DNA of 64,000 bases from Epithemia pelagica (taxonomy: Eukaryota > Protista > Bacillariophyta). The notes beneath the pieces are model-generated. The model ran no database searches, was not told the origin of the DNA, and saw only the letters and a list, made by a program, of their open reading frames with translations. The first letter of the stretch is position 1; every line of letters begins with the position of its first letter. This document shows, piece by piece, positions 58,594 to 64,000 of this stretch. The stretch covers positions 1,612,001 through 1,676,000 of the forward strand of contig OX337239.1 of NCBI GenBank assembly GCA_946965045.2. The letters are read 5' to 3'. A program made the translations under genes and the position numbers.

Positions 58594-61500
58594 TTACGAA
58601 TAAACGGAAAAAAGGCGTTGGTGGACTTGCCATCGCAAAACGAGAAACGAAACCAACCATGCTACAAACAACACCACAGACAGCACAATTTGTATTTGAC
58701 CAACTCGCTGAAAGCGACGCAAGGCCAGTTGGATGCGATCAAGTCGGTCTTGTGGATCGCTGCCCTTGACCAACTCTCCATCCGCTTCGTCCACATGCGT
58801 TCGAAACTTGATCCCGTTGGGTTTCAATTTTCTCCAACGTATTCGTTTCACTCCATTAAATGCCAAGGACGTGATCAAATTGACCATAACCCCATGATAA
58901 AGAGCCAACAGGACGAGTACACAACATTTGACCACATAGAGTTCCACCTGACAATCTGCTTCAATGGTCGCCTCAAGAATTCGGTCAGAATTCACGCCGG
59001 AACAAGATTGGCCACCGCACAAACTGTCATCCAAGAGTTCGGTACAATCAAAACGACTGTCCACCAGTAGGTCTTCCCACCACCCACTTGGCCAGCAAGA
59101 CGCAAGGGCGGTTTCTTCCCCGCCTCTTCCTAACAGCTGCCCAATGGGTGGAAATGCTGATGGAGGGAGTGTGACATTGTCAATAGGACATAATTCAGGA
59201 ATCCCTGGCCCCTGACAAGGCATACCCTCGAAGGCTTGTTGTGCGTCGTGGCTGCTACCACTGTAACCTTCCAAACCACAGCATGCCTCTGAAAAGGCAT
59301 GATCCAAGAAAGAAACATCGAGGCACCGTCCCAGGCGATCGCCTACTATCATGGATTCATTGTAGGTCTTTACAACCCTTTGTAACGTCGCCCAATCCGA
59401 TCGATACAGTTGCTCTGATTCATGAAACCATACCAAGCACAGGTTCCGTTGCAGTCGACGGCACTGGAATTCGGCCCTCGTGTAATGCGCATTTCCAGCC
59501 ACATTCGCCTTGTTTATCAGAATCGGAGCAATCATGTTCCGGGCAACAAAGGTGCCGTCCCGAGACTCGATGCAACTTTGCTTGACATGCGGGAACCAAA
59601 AAAAGACACACAATAGGGCAAATGGCAACAGAAATAACCCAATCATCATCCACGGTGTCAAGAACAAATGTTCCAACAAGGCCAGTCGAATGAAAGACCA
59701 ACTCGAATCCTTGTAGTAGGCCTGTGGCCGTCCCTCCAATTCTTCATCACTGTCACTCTCTTCATCTTCTTCCGTAACAAGGTCAATTTCTGGGAGGTCC
59801 GGCGTCGCATTCCTTTCGTATTTTTGTTTCAACCGGACAATACGGATAAATTGAATAATGATTTCCACAAGCCATTGATGGGCAAACATGATGGCAAACA
59901 CCAATTCAAGTACAGGAGGGACGGAGAAGGTAGGGAAGGAAGGCTCTAGATAGTCAAAGGATGTGGTATTGGCCCCACCCTCCAGGGTTGGAAAACCATT
60001 TGGTTCAGACGTTCCTTTTGTTATTTGTTCCAGGTTCGATGCCGTGCCATCCAAGGCCTGATGCCCCTGATGAACTTGTTCGTTCCAGTCTGTTGTAGCT
60101 TCCGTGACCATAATAGCTTCTTGTAACAATTGCAATATTCGTTCTTGAGCCTCTTGATTTTCTTGATCCATTCGATCTAAATCCTCATTCATTGTTTCGT
60201 TGTTGCTGCGCTCTTCATCGTTTTGATACTTGGGAGGATCATAGTCTTGCAAAGTAAACAAATCTTCCAGCGTCGTTAATAGCTCTTGAAACAAACTCTG
60301 AAAGGAAAGATTCACTTGTTGTTGCCACAATCCCACCTTGTGAACCATGGTACGATTTAACAGGTGCACAATGGAATGTACCAAGGCATCCAGATCGACC
60401 GTGGGCACGGTGGCCACATCGAATTGGGGCAAAGCATAAACGGGTGTCGGTAACAGCCCTTGTACAGTGGGAATGTTGGACAAATCCATGTACGATGGCA
60501 GGGAAACACTGGGTGGTAAAAAATCCTTGACAAAGGCCGATGACAACTTCAAACGCTCAATGACGTCTTGATAATGGACCCGAAAGGCCTCGAGACTGAT
60601 GTAGAAACTCTTCAACCGCGTTTCCAAAATGTCAATTCGTACCTTGGCGTCTTGCAATACATTCAAGACTCGGGTTTGCAACAACATGTCCAATTGAGCC
60701 AAGACGTCTGGTTCCCACATGTCATCCCAAACCAAGGCAAGATTGTGGTCGTAGAGCAATTGATCCATCTTGACTTGCCATTCTTGTAAGAGTTGCAAGG
60801 CCCGAGCTACCTTGGCACCCACAAAGTAGTGATAATCGTAGGATGATCGGTTGTGCGCATAGTCGGACAATCGCGTGGCCAGGATCAGGGTGCGAGACCG
60901 CCAGGCTACCAATTCGTCGTGCAATTGGTTTGTCAAGGCCATCCGTTGGGCTTCCTGTTCTTGCGCCCGCCACAAGGCGCCACGGTGTCCACTACCATTG
61001 CCACTTAGTCCAATCAAGAGTTCTTGATCCTGTACGGTACAAACGAGGCTGTCGAAAGAAGCGTCTGTGCTGTTGGTTGTGTTGCTAATGGTATTGATCC
61101 ATGGAATCGGCAGGTTGCTCCTTGGAACACTGTTCTCGTCATTGTTGGGTGGTTGTTCTGACTGGAGAAGATGCCATTCAGTGAAGGCTTGTTGTGCTCG
61201 TTGCATGTCTTCATGACATGTTTGTACCATGGGCATGACTTGGTTTTCAAGAATCGTCTCGCGGTTGTACCGTCGTTGATCCAAGGACGTTTGCCAAGCA
61301 CGATTGGCGACTTGATGGAGCCACGAGGAGGAGGGACCGGAAGAGCCGTGTGCGTGTGTGGTTTGTGCAGATGGTTCTTCCTCATGTGATAATGTCTCTA
61401 ACTCTTGAAAGGTATGAACGGCACACTGATAGTAAGCCTGTGATTCCATACGAACCAAGGCCTGTACATTGGCCATGGGAATTTGAACGGCCTCGTTAAA

Positions 61501-62001
61501 TGTAGGCCACTCCATTCCTCCTCCTCCAGCTGCCAATAACAAGAACAAACTAAAGGACCATCGTGGATAGGTCAACACAAAATGAACAACCGTCATAAAG
61601 GTTCGATTGCGTCGGACTTGTTCTTCTGTCAATTCCACCAGAACGGATGTGGTGACCATTTCGGCCACTGGGCTGATCGCTTCTTTGGAAGGAGGGTTTT
61701 CTTCGTCGTCGTCGTCGTCGTCATCATCATCAGGGACTTGAACCATGCCCATGCTGTTATGGTTGTTGTTGTCGTCGTCGTTGCCAAGGACCAAACCAAT
61801 GGGAGAGTGATGGACGATCGTGGTGTATGGGTTGGAGGGAATCTCGGCTTCGGAGGAATGTTCCAGCCCCATGGATCCAGAGCAGCTGCTGCTACACTCT
61901 TGTTCCTTCTTTTCTTCCTCGAAGATGCTGTCATCGTCGTCCACAAATGCAATGTAAGGGCGGCTACCTTGAGCCATGGTTCGAGAAAGCAGGGGCATCA
62001 T
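58594..62001 (-). CDS. Hypothetical 1135-aa multi-pass membrane protein with large helical and Cys-rich loops
   Basis: Long intronless ORF with about 5 hydrophobic segments, many NxS/T sequons and a Cys-rich region before the last two transmembrane segments. Confidence 0.75.
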   Translation of the reverse strand: MMPLLSRTMAQGSRPYIAFVDDDDSIFEEEKKEQECSSSCSGSMGLEHSSEAEIPSNPYTTIVHHSPIGLVLGNDDDNNNHNSMGMVQVPDDDDDDDDDEENPPSKEAISPVAEMVTTSVLVELTEEQVRRNRTFMTVVHFVLTYPRWSFSLFLLLAAGGGGMEWPTFNEAVQIPMANVQALVRMESQAYYQCAVHTFQELETLSHEEEPSAQTTHAHGSSGPSSSWLHQVANRAWQTSLDQRRYNRETILENQVMPMVQTCHEDMQRAQQAFTEWHLLQSEQPPNNDENSVPRSNLPIPWINTISNTTNSTDASFDSLVCTVQDQELLIGLSGNGSGHRGALWRAQEQEAQRMALTNQLHDELVAWRSRTLILATRLSDYAHNRSSYDYHYFVGAKVARALQLLQEWQVKMDQLLYDHNLALVWDDMWEPDVLAQLDMLLQTRVLNVLQDAKVRIDILETRLKSFYISLEAFRVHYQDVIERLKLSSAFVKDFLPPSVSLPSYMDLSNIPTVQGLLPTPVYALPQFDVATVPTVDLDALVHSIVHLLNRTMVHKVGLWQQQVNLSFQSLFQELLTTLEDLFTLQDYDPPKYQNDEERSNNETMNEDLDRMDQENQEAQERILQLLQEAIMVTEATTDWNEQVHQGHQALDGTASNLEQITKGTSEPNGFPTLEGGANTTSFDYLEPSFPTFSVPPVLELVFAIMFAHQWLVEIIIQFIRIVRLKQKYERNATPDLPEIDLVTEEDEESDSDEELEGRPQAYYKDSSWSFIRLALLEHLFLTPWMMIGLFLLPFALLCVFFWFPHVKQSCIESRDGTFVARNMIAPILINKANVAGNAHYTRAEFQCRRLQRNLCLVWFHESEQLYRSDWATLQRVVKTYNESMIVGDRLGRCLDVSFLDHAFSEACCGLEGYSGSSHDAQQAFEGMPCQGPGIPELCPIDNVTLPPSAFPPIGQLLGRGGEETALASCWPSGWWEDLLVDSRFDCTELLDDSLCGGQSCSGVNSDRILEATIEADCQVELYVVKCCVLVLLALYHGVMVNLITSLAFNGVKRIRWRKLKPNGIKFRTHVDEADGELVKGSDPQDRLDRIQLALRRFQRVGQIQIVLSVVLFVAWLVSFLVLRWQVHQRLFSVYS

Positions 62002-62595
62002 GACAACACTGGTATTTGGTATCGATATGGAAGCACGGAAATTGAGACGGCGAAGTCACAAAGGCATGACGACAAGGAAAAAGGGGCTTGAGAGATTGGT
62101 TTTTGAGGATTGGTGGGATTACGAGCCATTTTTCATATTTCGCAAGTGGGTCGGCGGCGGAGACCGGTTTTACGTGGCTTTCGGCACTTCCAGAGGACGG
62201 ACGCGAGGATCATCGCGTCCGTCATTCATTCCTTTTGTACTTATGCTTCTTCCTGGCAACCATAGCTATACACGAAATAAACGTTATTCTCTATGCACAA
62301 GACCATGTAGCTGCTGTACTTGGGGAGTCTGGAGAGCGACTTCTACGAAACAAAGAGAAGCGTCATGGTGAAAAGATGATATCAGCGACCTAACCGCCTT
62401 TAATTCGGGAGCTATTGACGTCGTGCAATCTATGTTTGCTATGTGCTCTGAGCTCAAACTTTCTTTTGGGCCCTCGTTTTTTCATCGCCATGTCCTCGGC
62501 GACGCTTCCTCCTTCGTTGCGTTTGTCGTTGGAGTATTCGATCAGAAACGAAAACTACGGCCCTTGTACTCAATCACTCGGATAGTTGTTGGACG

Positions 62596-64000
62596 ATGTC
62601 GTCTTCTTCGTCGTCGCGGTTGTGGCTTCGCAAACCTACACACGGTAATGGTGGCAACTCCTCCTCCCAACCGATTCGGAACCTTGCAAGTCGATCCAAC
62701 ACGTCATTTCAAAATCATCACTCCCCACAAAGTTCGAATTCAGTGCTAAGAAGAATGATAAAAGGCAAAGGAAATGGCGTGATGGTCGTGAAGTTCATCA
62801 TGGTGGTACTGGTTTTGGTGGTGGGACTCTATTCTCTGGTATGGATTTGGTTCACCCATACAGGAGTCGCGTCATCATCATCATCATCATCTTCCACGGT
62901 CACTCCGAACAATCTTCTCCACAAAACGAACATGCAAAACAACCACCGTATGATTGCTCCGACGAATGCTGCCCACAACAAGAGCAACACTCGTCGATTG
63001 GATGAATTCGCCACCACGGCCGACGGAGTCTTGTATCGACCTGGATCGCATTACCAATGTCAAAAACGCAGTGGCGCCTTTATTACGCTTCCCCGTGTGC
63101 CGTCTTTGCTGATTGTGGTGCGTACGTTTCACGACACGACCATGAAACCAGAAAGCACTTTACAACCCATCCAATCCCTTGCATCCGAAAGCATTCTCAA
63201 CACTGTGTGTCTTGTTTCGTATTGTCTCTCTTTGTCTTCTTATTTCCTACTTGCTTCTCTTCGTCGCTTGATCCTTTCGGTTCTTACGTAGGGCGTCCAA
63301 AAAGGCGGAACGACGGCCTTGAATTTTCTATTGAATCGTCACAAGAGATTGATTCGATCCAGTTTCTTTGAACCACATTTCTTTGATCAACATCCATCCA
63401 TTGCCAATCGACCCATTCGACAAGAACTGATGCAACTGAATCGGGTGGAACGGATGGAGCCGTCCAATCGTAGTACACTCACGACAGAAACAAACCCAAA
63501 GACAACCAATCAACCACCATCCCAACCCCGTGCACCCTTGTTTTACGAAACTCCACCCTTGATTTGTGATTTACGCGAAATTTATGCCACCTCCTGCTTT
63601 CCCTATTCTGACGTATGGAAACATCCTACCATGTTAACCTACGAAAAGACACCCTCCTACATTTTAATCGATGGAGCAGCCCAACTCATTCATACAATGG
63701 CACCCTGGGCCAAAATTATTGTATCTCTCCGAAATCCCATTGATCGGTGCGTATCCAAAATTTGTGTGTGTTGCAAATGGGGCGGAATTCTATTGCACAT
63801 AACATATCATGAAGTATACATGGACGGGGTTTTGTCTTGTACACGTGAACTTACTCACCTGTATCTTATTGTTCTTTGTTCTGTTTCACACCGATGTACT
63901 GTGTCCTCGCAGGGCCTTGTCCAATTACAAAATGAATGTCGAATTGCATCCTGAACGCATGATGAACAAGACCTTTGAAGAGGTATTGGCCAAGGACTTG
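62596..64000 (+). CDS. Type II membrane sulfotransferase (heparan sulfate 3-O/NDST-like family); runs off the window
   Basis: Exons 62596-63117, 63292-63746 and 63913-end. Splicing rebuilds the 5'-PSB loop LIV|GVQKGGTT and the 3'-PB motif LRNPID|RALSNY. EKTPSY and an N-terminal signal-anchor are present. Confidence 0.85.

Overview
Eukaryotic nuclear DNA, most likely from a pennate diatom. The evidence is short GT-AG introns, bipartite plastid-targeting N-termini, a diatom-type Copia remnant and Ser/Thr/Gln low-complexity linkers. About 20 protein-coding loci are supported: a class I heme peroxidase, a FIST-domain protein, UDP-sugar pyrophosphorylase, an SLC35B1/HUT1-type transporter, a thioredoxin-like protein, ALKBH8, the ER Hsp70 HYOU1/GRP170, two head-to-head CRAL-TRIO-like/bZIP-like paralogs and a partial sulfotransferase, among others. 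The main finding is one uninterrupted 1418-codon ORF (26736-30992) that fuses a complete Ero1 ER oxidoreductin, an Osm1/Frd1-type soluble fumarate reductase and a cytochrome b5 domain. This suggests a single-polypeptide, oxygen-independent route for disulfide formation. A damaged stand-alone fumarate reductase paralog follows it, and two other ER-folding genes lie nearby. Mobile and repeat DNA includes a CRE-like non-LTR retroelement with one in-frame stop, a 584-bp MITE with a 9-bp target-site duplication, a Copia gag/PBS remnant, a frameshifting 26-bp duplication, a 39-bp-stem hairpin, a 49-bp palindrome and (CAA)42. No rRNA, tRNA or CRISPR feature was recognised. All calls come from motif reading by eye; no searches were run. 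Several frame lesions could be assembly errors.
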